DNA of 63,855 nucleotides, filler included, from Octopus bimaculoides (GCF_001194135.2; 9 parts of 8 records of this genome joined end to end with filler, not necessarily neighbours in it); one strand, 5' to 3'; numbered from the whole stretch's first letter, positions 27,981 through 40,519 are shown. Numbers and translations: made by a program. The notes: generated from the sequence alone by a model not told the origin.

Positions 27981-28869
27981 TATATATACATTTATAGCTT
28001 TGCTATAATGAGGTGATTTGATAATGAGGTGATTTATTCTACTATACTCGGAGTTGCGACATGTAGTACTGTAGAACCGGCAGATTGTGGGGTCCGTTGC
28101 TCTTGTTCACCTTCTTTTCACTCAACACATTCCTTCTTATTCTTCTGGACAGAAAGTTCTGGCGAGTTTCTTACTCGGACACGTGTAGTAATTGGACTTT
28201 ACTGTGTCACAAGTCTAACTGTGTTCCTTTCATATTCGCGAGTGTAGTATAACCTCGGGTGCATTTGTGACCTTCGCAGACCATCAGAGACTGCAGGTCT
28301 GTACAAACTCACTCTCCACCCCGTTCACATGTCGTTGCATTATCTTCTATTGATATTGAATCACGAAAGTGTCTCTATCTTAAGTCTCATCTTGTTCTCG
28401 GTCTTAAATATTAGGCTCACACTCCTAAACGCTGTGTATTGACGATGGAGTACGTAATGCGTCATGAAACACTTATTGATTTCTCCAACAGTTCTTGTCG
28501 GGACATATTAAAAGCTTAACTCAATTTCGAAACAGAGAAAAGAGAAATACCTCTTTACTCCTTGCTCTTTTCTCGCTGCATACCAGGAAAAGACGCACAG
28601 TTTTGTTGAATACTTCTCCTCTGGTTTGCTTTCCTTGAAGTCTGACCGATGTCCAGGGTTTCTTTTGGACTCCTAACACTTGCGAAACTTTTATTGTTGA
28701 TGTTAAAGCTATTAAAGCGATAGTTGCTTTATTCCTTTGTATTTATTTAAATGCTCACAATCATGTCTGTCTGTTCAAATGTCATTTTTATTTATGTGTT
28801 TGAAATCACTTAATGTTTTTCGAGTTCGTTGCTAAAAAGATTTACACGAAATACAAACATACACATATA

Positions 28870-28935
28870 CCAGTCCTCAGTCAAATCGTCCAATCCATGC
28901 TAGCATGGAAAGCGGACGTTAAACGATGATGATGA

Positions 28936-28940
<5 letters not shown>
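28870..28940 (+). mobile_element. Short 3' tail of the RTE-type element
   Basis: CCAGTCCTCAGTCAAATCGTCCAATCCATGCTAGCATGGAAAGCGGACGTTAAACGATGATGATGAT; compare 1782-1845. Confidence 0.75.
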
Positions 28941-28968
<28 letters not shown>

Positions 28969-29654
28969 NNNNNNNNNNNNNNNNNNNNNNNNNNNNNNNN
29001 NNNNNNNNNNNNNNNNNNNNNNNNNNNNCCTGTATTTATATTTCTTGCCAAGGTAACTCGCCATATCCTAGGATATATCTAATTTGTTATCGCTTGCAGA
29101 TTTAATCGACAGGCTTTCAAACTAAGTCAAAAAGTGAAAAAGCAGTATTAGTTACAAATCTAAAATGAAAAAATAAAGAGATAAGAGGAGAGAGGGGGAG
29201 GGAAGGAGAGAGAAGGGGTGAGGCAATGCTGAACTTTCAAAAATATTGAAAATACTAAAAAAAAAAAAAATTTTTAAGATTCTATTTAGGTTTTAAGCCT
29301 TTTCCATTGCTGAATTGCGCTTATGCTGGAACGCTACCAACGAACATGTTTGCTTCTTTCCTAATATTCAGGAGTACATAGCGGTCTAAAACCACGCAAT
29401 ACTTTCCCCAGCAGTGGCACAAAAAGAATCGTTGATGGGGTTTGCTTTTTCAAATACTTCGCAGCACAGAAGCCATTAAAGTGTGGAAATAACGTATAAA
29501 ATTTCAGTAAAGAACTCCAAGAAGTGTGACTAGCTTATATTTCTGCATTTTACACGCAGAAATGAAAAAAGAAATAGCGAAAAGTGGTTGACACATGCAG
29601 AATATATCTATTTAAACATATATGAAATTACACGTAAGTATTCTCTATCTCTCT

Positions 29655-29694
<40 letters not shown>

Positions 29695-29986
29695 NNNNNN
29701 NNNNNNNNNNNNNNNNNNNNNNNNNNNNNNNNNNNNNNNNNNNNNNNNNNNNNNNNNNNNNNNNNNNNNNNNNNNNNNNNNNNNNNNNNNNNNNNNNNNN
29801 NNNNNNNNNNNNNNNNNNNNNNNNNNNNNNNNNNNNNNNNNNNNNNNNNNNNNNNNNNNNNNNNNNNNNNNNNNNNNNNNNNNNNNNNNNNNNNNNNNNN
29901 NNNNNNNNNNNNNNNNNNNNNNNNNNNNNNNNNNNNNNNNNNNNNNNNNNNNNNNNNNNNNNNNNNNNNNNNNNNNNNNNNNNNNN

Positions 29987-30047
<61 letters not shown>

Positions 30048-30877
30048 TATATATATATATATATTCACATACACACATGCGTGTGTGTAAATGTGCGTGT
30101 ATGATAGTTGTATATGCGTGTATATCATGGCGTAGGCATGGCTGTGTGGTTAAAAACATTTCGCATTGAAATGCCGTCATTTCGAATTCAGTACCACTTC
30201 GCCTCACATTAGGCTAGCGTCTTCTACTATAAACCCGAGCCATGAGAGAATTTGGTAGATAAAAAAATGTGTGAGAGTGAACTAACCCATATATGCCCAT
30301 AAAAAATGTCACTGTTTTCAGATTAAACGTTATGGTAAGTTTTCACAATCTGGAATAGAAGGACAGTATGCAACTGTTAGCTACAGGTGTTGACTACCTG
30401 CTGAACATTTCGTTTGCTTAGTCAGATGCTTCCTGCTCGAGTTCAGGTCCAAACATGTAGGAGCAAGTTTTGCGTTGAGAAAACGCAACCAAGAGTATAT
30501 AAGTATATATAGGTTAACTTGTTCCTCCGTCGGAGCGACGAGGGCCACTTTGTATAACAGATGACTTGTGCAGTTATTTCGTTCCAAGTGAAGAAGAGTG
30601 ACACGCCCTCAATATCACACCCTTAACTGTGACCATTTTCAATCAAGTGGAATGACCAGGTCAAGACGATAGGGGATGTAGCAAGTAGGCAAGCCACAAT
30701 ATGCTAGATAACCCGTAATTGAGACCGTGACAGGTGCTACTAACTCGGATTACATAAGATCAATAATGGCTTAAAAAAAAAGGCGATTCTATACTCCTCA
30801 AGACTCTGGAACTCTCTATCAGGAACTTAGTACGAGAGGCAGTTTAGTCGTACCCGGAACGTAAACGTACAAGATGT

Positions 30878-31008
30878 CCGTCTACCAAATCCACTTTGGC
30901 CGGCCCGAGGTTATAGTAGAGGACACTTGCCCAAAGTGACGCGCAGTGGGACTGAATCCAGAACCACGTGGTTGGGAAGCAAGCTTCCACAAAGCCACTC
31001 CTGCGCTT
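30878..31008 (-). mobile_element. tRNA-SINE head, minus strand
   Basis: CCGTCTACCAAATCCAC...AGACACTTGCCCAA-like...CGCAGTGGGACTGAATCC...GTGGTTGGGAAGCAAGCTT. Confidence 0.7.
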
Positions 31009-31197
31009 ATGTTCAATGGCTTTTTTTAATCAAAGCTAGTGGGCTGACATCATTCGAAAGCTAAAGCGATGCAAAGCGCATTGTGACCAACGATGTATAA
31101 CAACGCCCTATATTTTGGTTGATCATGTGTGCACGGGATTTATATTGTATTACGGTTAATTGTTTGTTTCTTAAAAGATTTTGATAGATTTTCCATC

Positions 31198-31235
<38 letters not shown>

Positions 31236-31618
31236 NNNNNNNNNNNNNNNNNNNNNNNNNNNNNNNNNNNNNNNNNNNNNNNNNNNNNNNNNNNNNNNNN
31301 NNNNNNNNNNNNNNNNNNNNNNNNNNNNNNNNNNNNNNNNNNNNNNNNNNNNNNNNNNNNNNNNNNNNNNNNNNNNNNNNNNNNNNNNNNNNNNNNNNNN
31401 NNNNNNNNNNNNNNNNNNNNNNNNNNNNNNNNNNNNNNNNNNNNNNNNNNNNNNNNNNNNNNNNNNNNNNNNNNNNNNNNNNNNNNNNNNNNNNNNNNNN
31501 NNNNNNNNNNNNNNNNNNNNNNNNNNNNNNNNNNNNNNNNNNNNNNNNNNNNNNNNNNNNNNNNNNNNNNNNNNNNNNNNNNNNNNNNNNNNNNNNNNNN
31601 NNNNNNNNNNNNNNNNNN

Positions 31619-31677
<59 letters not shown>

Positions 31678-32369
31678 TAGGTTTGAATGTGTGTGTGTGT
31701 ATGCGCGTATATGTATATACATGGGTGTGTTACCCTTACAGGATCCGAATATATAAGACGCCACATCAAAACGACGTCACACTGACCCGCAATATCGGTC
31801 AAACGTCACCAGATATAGCTAAGGAAGACGCGGATGATGTAACTGCTGTGTGTGATATCAGTAAGATAGGCCGTGTCAATGACACTACAGTTGATAGTCA
31901 AGATAAAGGGGCAGGCGCAGTGTGGGGGTAAAAGCAGAAAGGGACAATATTCTGAAGAATAATAGTGGTGACGTCGCTGTAACAGTTCATTGTGTAAGTG
32001 CTCGGTATATATGTGTATATGTATGCATACATATATNNNNNNNNNNNNNNNNNNNNNNNNNNNNNNNNNNNNNNNNNNNNTTAATTAATTAANNNNNNNN
32101 NNNNNNNNNNNNNNNNNNNNNNNNNNNNNNNNNNNNGACATGAGTGTTTTTGTTTCACTTTTGACACGTAATACTTAAATAGTGGAGGAGATATTATGTT
32201 GCCGTGGGCTCGAACTCTGCAAGAAGTAAAAATTTTTTTTGACTAAAACACAACTGGAACCCTAAGTAAGGCATCTGTAAAATTTGAATGAAATTGGTTG
32301 CGTAGTTCTCGAGTTTTAGGGATTCACACAGACAGACAGACAGACACACATTCTCATTTTTATATATAT

Positions 32370-32404
<35 letters not shown>

Positions 32405-33236
32405 TTACAGTGCCACTCCTACTGTAACCTGCTTATATTACACATTACCTGACATTAAAATGTATTATGACAATTGTGAGTTAAGTGACCTCTGCAAACA
32501 ATATAATACCATCAATGAAATATGAACCAAACTGACTTGGCAGTTTTTCTCAAACTACTCTATCAACAATTTACATTGGTTTATTTTCTATGCATTACTG
32601 GACAAGCACAAGTTGAAAATTCAACTGAAAAAAAAATATTATTCAAGTGTAGGTTTGGATAATCTAGTAACTTATGTAAGATTTAAGACTGACAACAAAG
32701 ACTATAATTGTATTTGCTAATACAATCTCAGATATGTGAGCAATGCTCCCAATATGGGTTTTATTTGATAAGAACAAAATCAGTTACAGATAAATCATAG
32801 CCAGGTTAATATGTTTCAAGCATGTTTCCCACAGATATGAATTCTGATATACATGAGTCAACATGGTAGCCTTCTACTTGGTCACTCAATCTGCTAAAAG
32901 TAGCAGCCAAATCTCCCCCAAATCACACCCAACCACCTTCTGTAAGGACAGAACACATTAAGTAATTTAGTTCTACACACACTGTAAAAGATAGGATGGT
33001 CATGGCTACACAAACTTCAATTATAGTTTGACCTGAGGCTAAACAACAATATCTGATATGATTTTCATCTGACCAAATGGCAAATAGTTGAAAAAAGATA
33101 AAAGAAAGTGATGTAATAATATTAGGGAGATGAAAGACATGTCGTATCTGACAAGGATTCCTTGTGCTTCAATCCATTTGGAAACACTGTTTCATGAGGC
33201 TTATTATTTATGCTTGTATACCTACTAGGCATGAAA

Positions 33237-33570
33237 GCGCATGGCTTAGTGGTTAGAGTGTTGAGCTCATAATGATGAGGTAGCGAGTTCGATTCCCAGA
33301 CTGGGCTGTGTTGTGTTCTTGAGCAAGACACTTTATTTCAGGTTGCTCCAGTTCACCCAGCTGTAGAAATGAGTTGTGATGTCACTGGTGCCAAGTTGTA
33401 TTGGCCTTTGCCTTTCCCTTGGATATCATCAATGGCATGAAGAGGGGAGACTGGTATGCACGGGCGACTCTAGTTTTCCATAAACAGCCTTGCCTGGACT
33501 TGTGCTTTAGAAGGGAACTTTCTAGGGGCAATCCCATGGTCATTCATGACTGAAAGGGGTCTTTACTTTT
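33237..33570 (+). mobile_element. tRNA-headed SINE, third family (V-SINE-like core)
   Basis: A box TGGCTTAGTGG, B box GAGTTCGATTCC, then TGTGTTCTTGAGCAAGACACTTTA...TGCTCCAGTTCACCCAGCTGTA. Confidence 0.6.
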
Positions 33571-33775
33571 TACTTTTATACCTACTGGGTAGTTCTTATG
33601 CTAGCTTCTCTTCCTCCCTACTTCTCAACAACATAACTGGAAGGTATTAAGAAATAATCTGTGCTCTGTACAGTGTGAAATGTAGTAAACCTGAATCGAC
33701 AAAACAAAGACAGGTGCCACCTGAGCCTATTTAGGTAATGAGTCAACAAAATAATAACTTGACATAAACACTTAC

Positions 33776-33902
33776 CATCTTTGCCTGCCATGTATTTAAC
33801 ATCAGAAATGAAAATGTTCGGGAAACCATCATCGAAGCTGCCCCAGTTAATGGTTTTGCGTAACTGAACTTGCCGTTTGATACGTCTAGGTCTTTTAGCT
33901 GC
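33776..33902 (-). CDS. Internal exon of a class II ribose-phosphate pyrophosphokinase (PRS3/PRS4-like PRPP synthetase)
   Basis: Acceptor CTATTTATTCTTAG| and donor G|GTAAGT; 127 nt, open: AAKRPRRIKRQVQLRKTINWGSFDDGFPNIFISDVKYMAGKD. INW..F.DGFPN.FI matches the N-terminal motif I recall from plant PRS4 (INWRxFxDGFPNLFI...RGQHVAF), which differs from the class I FSNGE/FADGE motif. Confidence 0.8.
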
Positions 33903-34414
33903 CTAAGAATAAATAGAATGCTTTAAGTCAATGAATATGCATGGGCTGTAAGGGAGAATGAAGAAGAGGGGAAAATATACTAAAACAGAGAGAGGAAGAT
34001 GGCAAGAGCAGAAAAATTGTTTCCTTTTAATCAAGACAAAGTCATTCTTTGTGTGCAGCTACAGCAAAGTCAACTGGTTCTCCGAGACAGCCTCTTGAGC
34101 TAAAGAAGAAGACTCTAGGATGTATTTAAACCTTCAAGAAATAGCAACTAAATCTCCTTAAATCACTCCTGTGATCCTAGATGCACTATGCCTGAAAGAA
34201 AAATGAAATGGTCACAGCTGGGATGCCTTTAAATATGTCTACTTAAACAATGAAATACCAATTTGAATCTAGTGAGACTTCAACAAACTGAGAATCTACA
34301 GGAATAAAATGAAATACTATAGGGCATTTTGCAAATGTTAAAAAACAGACATGGCTTTACTATGTGTGTTTCTTAACTCTACTGGCCTAGAGCCTATAAG
34401 AGACAGAAATACTG

Positions 34415-34469
<55 letters not shown>

Positions 34470-34499
34470 TGCGTGTGTTTGCATGCATTACCTGTATCA

Positions 34500-34985
34500 C
34501 CTATACAGGCCAGACTGTTGGATATGAGCAATGGTCACAATTCACCTCCATCTTCGTCCAAATCAATTAACTAATCATCTTCCTATCATTGTGGAGTCCT
34601 TCTGAGTCGTCTTCTCTAAACTTTTGGATACTACTTGGCAACTGCATAGGTTCATCTGTTGTCTGCAAACCTTGCAATGTATCTGGCCCATGTCTAGAAA
34701 TGGTCATCAGAGACACTGACAGGGCAGGTGATGTGAACATCAACTGCAAACTGCTAATACACTACCAATTCACAGATGACACTATCCTCAACACCTAAAT
34801 CACAGATCAGCTACAGACAATGCTGACAGAACTGGACACTCATAGCTTGGCAGTGAGCCTTAAAACGAACCACATGAAAACAAAATATTTGCAGTCTGAA
34901 GACATAGTACAAGGTTGAATAGATATGGGTAGCAATAAAATCAGGATGGTAAAAGAGTACATCTAATTGGGGCACACAGTGAATA
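34500..34985 (+). pseudogene. Decayed RTE-clade reverse transcriptase
   Basis: CLEMVIRDTDRAGDVNINCKLLIHYQFTDDTIL...QLQTMLTELDTHSLAVSLKTNHMKTKY...VKEYI*LGHTV aligns with RTE GININGxxLxHLRFADDIVL...GLKMNxxKTK...EYxYLG. Contains stops. Confidence 0.8.
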
Positions 34986-35489
34986 TGCCCCGAGACATGG
35001 ATGCTAAAATTTTTTACTGAATAAATTTTAGTGTATCCTTTTCCTGTAAAATTCTATGGTCAAACATACAATGAAATTTATTTTGTAAAACTACTGTTTT
35101 AGGTAAGCTTTTCAGTAAAATGTGATTCTCTTTTTTTCTGGAAGTGAAAAACTGAGTATTTTTACAGTAAAAGCCTTAAACTTCTCAAATCTTTGCCAAC
35201 TGGGAAAATTTGCAAAATGAATTCAAATTATCAAATAAATTCTGAAAGTGACAAGCAGGTAGAATTATTAGCATTATGGACAAATTGCTTAATAACATTT
35301 CTTCTGGTTCGAGCTTATCAAAGGATGAAATTGCCTTTCATTTTTTCAGGGTTTATAAAATAAAGCATCAGTCACATACTGGGATCAATGTAATCAACTT
35401 AACCCTTCCCTCAAAATTGCTGGCTTTATACTAAAATTATAATTATTGAAAAATTCTGCAAGAATCTAGTTCTTTTCTGATGAAAGTTT

Positions 35490-36200
35490 TACTTTTTTAT
35501 TTTTCTCATATCAACCAGTTATCTTGAAGTTCATCCATTGATAGCCATCACACTTCTTATGCAGTAAAAGTTTACTTAGTCAAGCGTGGATGTGTAAATA
35601 AACAGTTATTCAGTGCATGACTTTTAATGATGTTCATAATTTTAACTGTATCTTATATTACTGTACTTAGCTCAGAAGAATTTGTTTTACTCATCAATAC
35701 ATCTCAATGAATCTTGCAATGAATGAATATCATCAGTATATCACTTGTGGATTTAACCTTTGTAGGAAATCTTACATTTTAACCTTATCTGCTACTAAGT
35801 AATTGAAGCATATACCAACAGTTATCCCATTCCAGATTTACTTCCTTTAAAAGCTGGTCCAATTAGCAGACAACATTCTTCTGTTGTATGTCCATCTTAT
35901 GATTAACAAAACTGAGATGTTGTGCACATTTTTCATCTAAATATCTAACAGACAACAATAGTTGAACCACAACTGTAATTCATTCAATTTGTCCAACAGA
36001 ATGACAGTTTAATACTCCTTTTAATTATTGCAATAAGTTTAACAAACTGGTTATTGATAATTTCTGAAATTCTCTTACATATCGTAACATACAGTTATTA
36101 AGTACAAAACTTCTCTGATGACTTCAACCCAACAAGATGACTAGTTCTGACAGTGTTCCCTCATCATTCACTCAAACAGTGCACTCCCAAGGTACACTTG
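35490..36200 (-). pseudogene. Decayed Charlie/Buster-type hAT transposase
   Basis: Fragments QLLLSVRYL...LDQLLKEVNLEWDNC.., NIIKSHALNNCLF and LLLH.EV*WLS match QLLVFVRY..L.W..CVG.CTDGA, VNFIKxRALNSRLF and LLLHTEVRWLS. Frameshifted. Confidence 0.7.
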
Positions 36201-36419
36201 TTCTCTACAATGTCTTTAATCTTTTCTGTATGGAGATCTATTGCAACTAACAGAAACGCAGTATTTACTCCATTATATCAACCACAATACTTAGTCAAGT
36301 ATAGATCTAATTGACCTATGAACTGAATAACCACGTTATTTTTGCAGTTACTTTAGAGTTACCTCCCCTTACACAGTATACCCAACGAATCTTTCATTGA
36401 TGTATTATAGAAAGTTATA

Positions 36420-36900
36420 AAGAGATCGATTGCAAAACGCAATAAGCGCCAAAATAATGATTTTGTAGATGTTGTTATCAATCTATTGTCCGTGGAAGCG
36501 GGAACGTTACTGCATAATTAATTTTTTTGCACTACGAATCATATCTCCAGCTTTTTCGTGTTAAAAAGTAACTTTTATCGCAAAACACAATAAACACCAC
36601 TACTCTTTCGCCGCAAAACGAAATATAATAAATATATCCACCTGGTCAATCAGGGTGCTCGATATGTCCAACATAGCAGGGCCCCTAATTAAGAAGCCGA
36701 TTCTACGGTACGTATACGCGGTGCGACTAGCGCGCGCTTACTACAACAAGTCTGCTTAAACTATACAACGCGTACGTACGTACATACAAGGTATAATTTT
36801 AAGGTGCATGCCTCAGTCACAGTAACTAACGCGTCAGCACAGTCACGTTCGTGTTCGAAAGTTTTAATTTCTTTGGAATCGTGCATGAATTTCCAGGAAA
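36420..36900. promoter_or_regulatory. CpG-island-like segment between two CpG-poor domains
   Basis: Dense CG (TACGTATACGCGGTGCGACTAGCGCGCGC, AACGCGTACGTACG). It could be a promoter or a young TE end. Confidence 0.35.
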
Positions 36901-37025
36901 ATGAATAGTTTTGACGTTACTCAAGCGAATGCGACATTCGGGTTTAGGTACAGTGCCTCAATTGGGCTGCAGACATACCATACTACAAAATGAACATTTG
37001 TGTCATGCTGATCTTCTTTCTCCAG

Positions 37026-37241
37026 CTAATCTATCTTTTAATCATGCCAAATCTTACGAAAAACTAAACAAGGTGATTCGGGATGAGTTTATTTTGAACT
37101 TAGTGGAAACTGGCGGCCGAAAACGACATCGTGGTGAGCAATGGGGAAGACACAGAGGTGTGGATGTAAAGTATTTCATGTTAACAGTGGATCATCCAAG
37201 GAAGATAAAAGTCTGCACGGAGACATTTGTTAAAGTTCTCT
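37026..37241 (+). CDS. Exon-like open segment resembling the N-terminal region of Sola-type transposases
   Basis: Acceptor CTTCTTTCTCCAG| and donor CT|GTAAGT, within ORF 36911-37279. YEKLNKVIRDEFILNLVETGGRKRHR...VKYFML...KIKVCTETFVKVL resembles the Q.AFI...KR.R...KYF...VC...F..L pattern. Family call from memory. Confidence 0.35.
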
Positions 37242-38039
37242 GTAAGTTGACACAGAAATTTCATTATAAATCTCAATGAAGCCTTAATTTGAAAATAATT
37301 CATGGGCAAAACCTACATAATGTTAGTGGCCTTAGGCTTAGTTGTAATCTATTGTAGATCTGAAGTTAGAAATCTAAAATAGATAGATACGTCTAGGATG
37401 TTAGAAATACGATTGATCAACTTGAAACCAGCAGGAAATGACAATAAATTAGTCTATGCTATGATACACGGTATGTGTTGTTCATGTAAGGCAGTGAACG
37501 CACCCAGTCCTAAGCTTATGTATGCGTTTGACATTGTATGGTTGGGGGAGGGGGGTCGTATAGCCGGACACTTAACTTAAGCCTTACATTAATTAAATAA
37601 TTAAACTAGTGTGTACAAACTTGTTGTAATGTACAAGTTTTACCTAAATTTGAACATTTTCTCAAATAATCTGATACTGATACTAGTGATGCAGTCAATA
37701 TTTTCATTAGATTTTTTCTTCTTTTTTTTTTTGGTTTGAATGTGTCTAATTTCTGACAGTCTGACAATACAGCGTGTGATGAATGGCGATGATGATAATG
37801 CATAAGCAGAATATTATATACTCTTAAACTAGTCTAGTAATGATAAATTTTAATGTCAAAATTTCATGAGTATCACTGAAATACGACAACTTTAACACAA
37901 AATAACTTCGAAAATGAAGCATTTTCTTTAAAATGCCAAGAGTAAATGATGTTTTAAATGATACATTCTACCAATATACGAAATTTGAAAGTGTTTAGTT
38001 GCAAAAAATTATTTTTTCTATGTGCCGGCCAAAAGGAAA

Positions 38040-38525
38040 AGATCCTCTTGCAGACCTTCTTGTTTGACTACCTTGAGGATGTTCCCATAATTTGACATAA
38101 AGACTTTTTTCAGTAGGATGGAACTCCAGCACACTTTGCTAATTGCGTGCATAACTACTTAAACCAGACCTTTCCTAACAGATGGATTGGACGCACAGGT
38201 TCCATGGAGAGGCCACCCTGATCCCCAGAGCTTACTTCCCTTGACTATTTCCCCTGGGGACATCTCAAATTTGTTGTGTGCCAGAATTGTTCACGCACTC
38301 TTGATGATTTGAAGGATGCAATAACAATTGAGTGCCAAAAGATCATCCTTTCCACCCTCAGGAGTGTAAAAGACAGCTTCATAAAGAGAATTGATGCATA
38401 TTTTATTGTAGAGGGTGCTCAATTTATGCATTTGTAATGAATAATTTCCATAAAGTGTTTTTGAAATCAATAAAGGTGTATTTTTTTTAAAAACCAGGAT
38501 GGTGCATGACTTCTGGGACACCCTG
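38040..38525 (+). mobile_element. 3' part of a Tc1/mariner (DD37D/DD41D-like) element
   Basis: FFQ*DGTPAHFANCVHNYLNQTFPNRWIGRTGSMERPP*SPELTSLDYFPWGHLK matches WFQQDGAPxH...FPxRWIGR...WPPRSPDLxPLDFFLWGYLK. Ends with GGGACACCCTG|TA. Confidence 0.85.
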
Positions 38526-39911
38526 TATATATATATAAAATTAAAAAAGACAGCAATTTGAAATGTTTTACCAAAAAGGAAAGCTATAATTGTCTCTAAA
38601 TGCAACTAGGGTGTTATAAATACCTACATTGCTAGAAATCAGAGCTAAAATGCTTTAATACTGTAATCAAAGCACATAATTAAGTACATATATACAGGCG
38701 GCGGGACTGTAATCGTCCAAAAACACCATTTGAGAATTTCTTATACTGACTTCAGTTTTGGCAATTTCTGTTGCCTCATCAGTAAGAACTAGGTCTACTT
38801 CAGTGGATACTGGACTTGATTCTCTGTCTGTATATATGTTTTCATCATAGAAATCTATGGACGATTAAGCGATTCATGAAATCATCCAGAGATTTCTATG
38901 ATGAAAACATTCCTAATGTGCTACATAGTAGGACTGAACCTAGAACTGTGGTTAAGAGAAATTTTCGATCACACAGCCATACTTGTATACCCATGTCCTT
39001 GTTTCCAAACTAATGTTCTAAAGCTGTGAACATGCTCAACAATTTCCATACATCAAGTTTAGCTTTCTGACAGTCTGTCTTCAATGGACGTTCACTCCAT
39101 TACTATCCTTTTTATCATGATAAGAATATTTTCTTCAGACACAGACTGCAGTGCTTATAGTATGGATGGCATTAAACTGTTGTTGACCTTAATGTTTGTA
39201 GCAGACTCACATTGTAGTAGCACCACTGATACAATTATTATTTGAAATTTTGTTAGTTATTTCAATATACTTAGGATGATTATATTAAGTTAAACCATTA
39301 ATGTTGAGCCTACATAGAAGCTTGTACGTGATTGCTCAGTCTGCTAGAAATAGCAACCAAATTGCCTTCAAACACCTTATCTTCCTTAAAAAAAAAGACA
39401 CATCAGTCAAGTTTGGAACACTTTTAATCATAGATCTGCTATATCAGGGTTGACCTGAAAGTAAATAACTACAGCCACTGACCACATTACTGTCTAAAGC
39501 ATTCCTTCTCAAGGGGATATCTAGTTAGGTTAAAGAGCCTTTATACACAGTATGCTTACTACATCATCTTGCATCTTATAGACCTCAGAGTTAGCAGAGT
39601 AGTGGATGGGACTGACTTATTTGACACTACTTGCTGTTGAGCTGTAAAGTTTTTTTAAATTTTTTTTTTCAAAAGATTAAGAAAACTCACATTTAAAAAA
39701 ATTATTTCTTTTTCCCACTCAGAAAACAATAATTTTTGTAATGTCTTTGATGTTTTTATACTCACATTTGCATTTCTTTCCCATTATCATTAGCAGAGAT
39801 TTGCATGAAATATGTAAATATAAATATTAAATACAGTTCTATATTTAAGAGGTGAGGAATTATGTACATTATTTACATTCAATGGATATTTGTCCTCATC
39901 TTGTTTGTTGT

Positions 39912-39950
39912 TAACACGTTTCGGCTGATATACCCTCCAGCCTTCTTCAG
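39912..39950 (-). ncRNA. Hammerhead-ribozyme-like core in the Penelope pseudo-LTR
   Basis: Minus strand CUGAAGA-A-GGCUG-GAGGGUAUAU-CAGCC-GAAAC-GU-GUU: CUGANGA and GAAA boxes plus a 5-bp stem II. I could not form stem I. Confidence 0.45.
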
Positions 39951-40456
39951 ATGTCTTGGGAAAATTTTGAACCTGAGTTCTCATTCCTAAGGTATTTTTC
40001 AATGTTATTATTATTATCATTATTATTATTGTTATTGTTCGAGTCACTGCTTGGAATTGAGTAAAACCACCAATAGAAGAGAATATGACCAAAGACTGTG
40101 GGTACTCCATCCCATGCAGCTGTGGTAGGTTATACAAAGGCGAAACATGTTGCCCCCTCAAAATAAGGGTAGACAAACACCGCAAAGCTGTAACACGAGG
40201 AGATATTGATAAATCGGGTATAGCTGATCATGTATGGAAAAATGGAAACCACCTTCCCCTGTGGGATGAAGTTAAAATAATACAGAGAACACCACTGGAA
40301 AATATGAAAACTAAAAGAGGCAGCACATATGCTAGGACACAACAACCTCCTAAGCAGACCGAGTGCAGATGTGAACAGCATATGGGAATCGGTATTAAGG
40401 AAGGATAGGAAAATATTAGATTTATAAGCCCTAAAATTCACTCCATAATTGCCCAT

Positions 40457-40519
40457 GGGCATATGGTGTAGTGGTTAAGAGTGCAGGCTACTAACCCCAA
40501 GATTCTGAGTTCAATTCCA
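40457..40519 (+). other. tRNA-like Pol III promoter cassette (not an intact tRNA)
   Basis: GGGCATATGGTGTAGTGGTTAAGAGTGCAGGCTACTAACCCCAAGATTCTGAGTTCAATTCCA: A box TGGTGTAGTGG, B box GAGTTCAATTCC. The CTACTAA loop resembles tRNA-Ser CTGCTAA. Confidence 0.65.

Noticed and set aside
34567-34749. Minus-strand ORF MQLMFTSPAL... as a further PRS exon
   Set aside because: It is the antisense of the decayed RTE reverse transcriptase.
40457-40519. Intact tRNA gene
   Set aside because: The acceptor and anticodon stems do not pair properly and the unit is embedded in a retroelement. The same applies to the SINE heads at 19395, 26524 and 33237.
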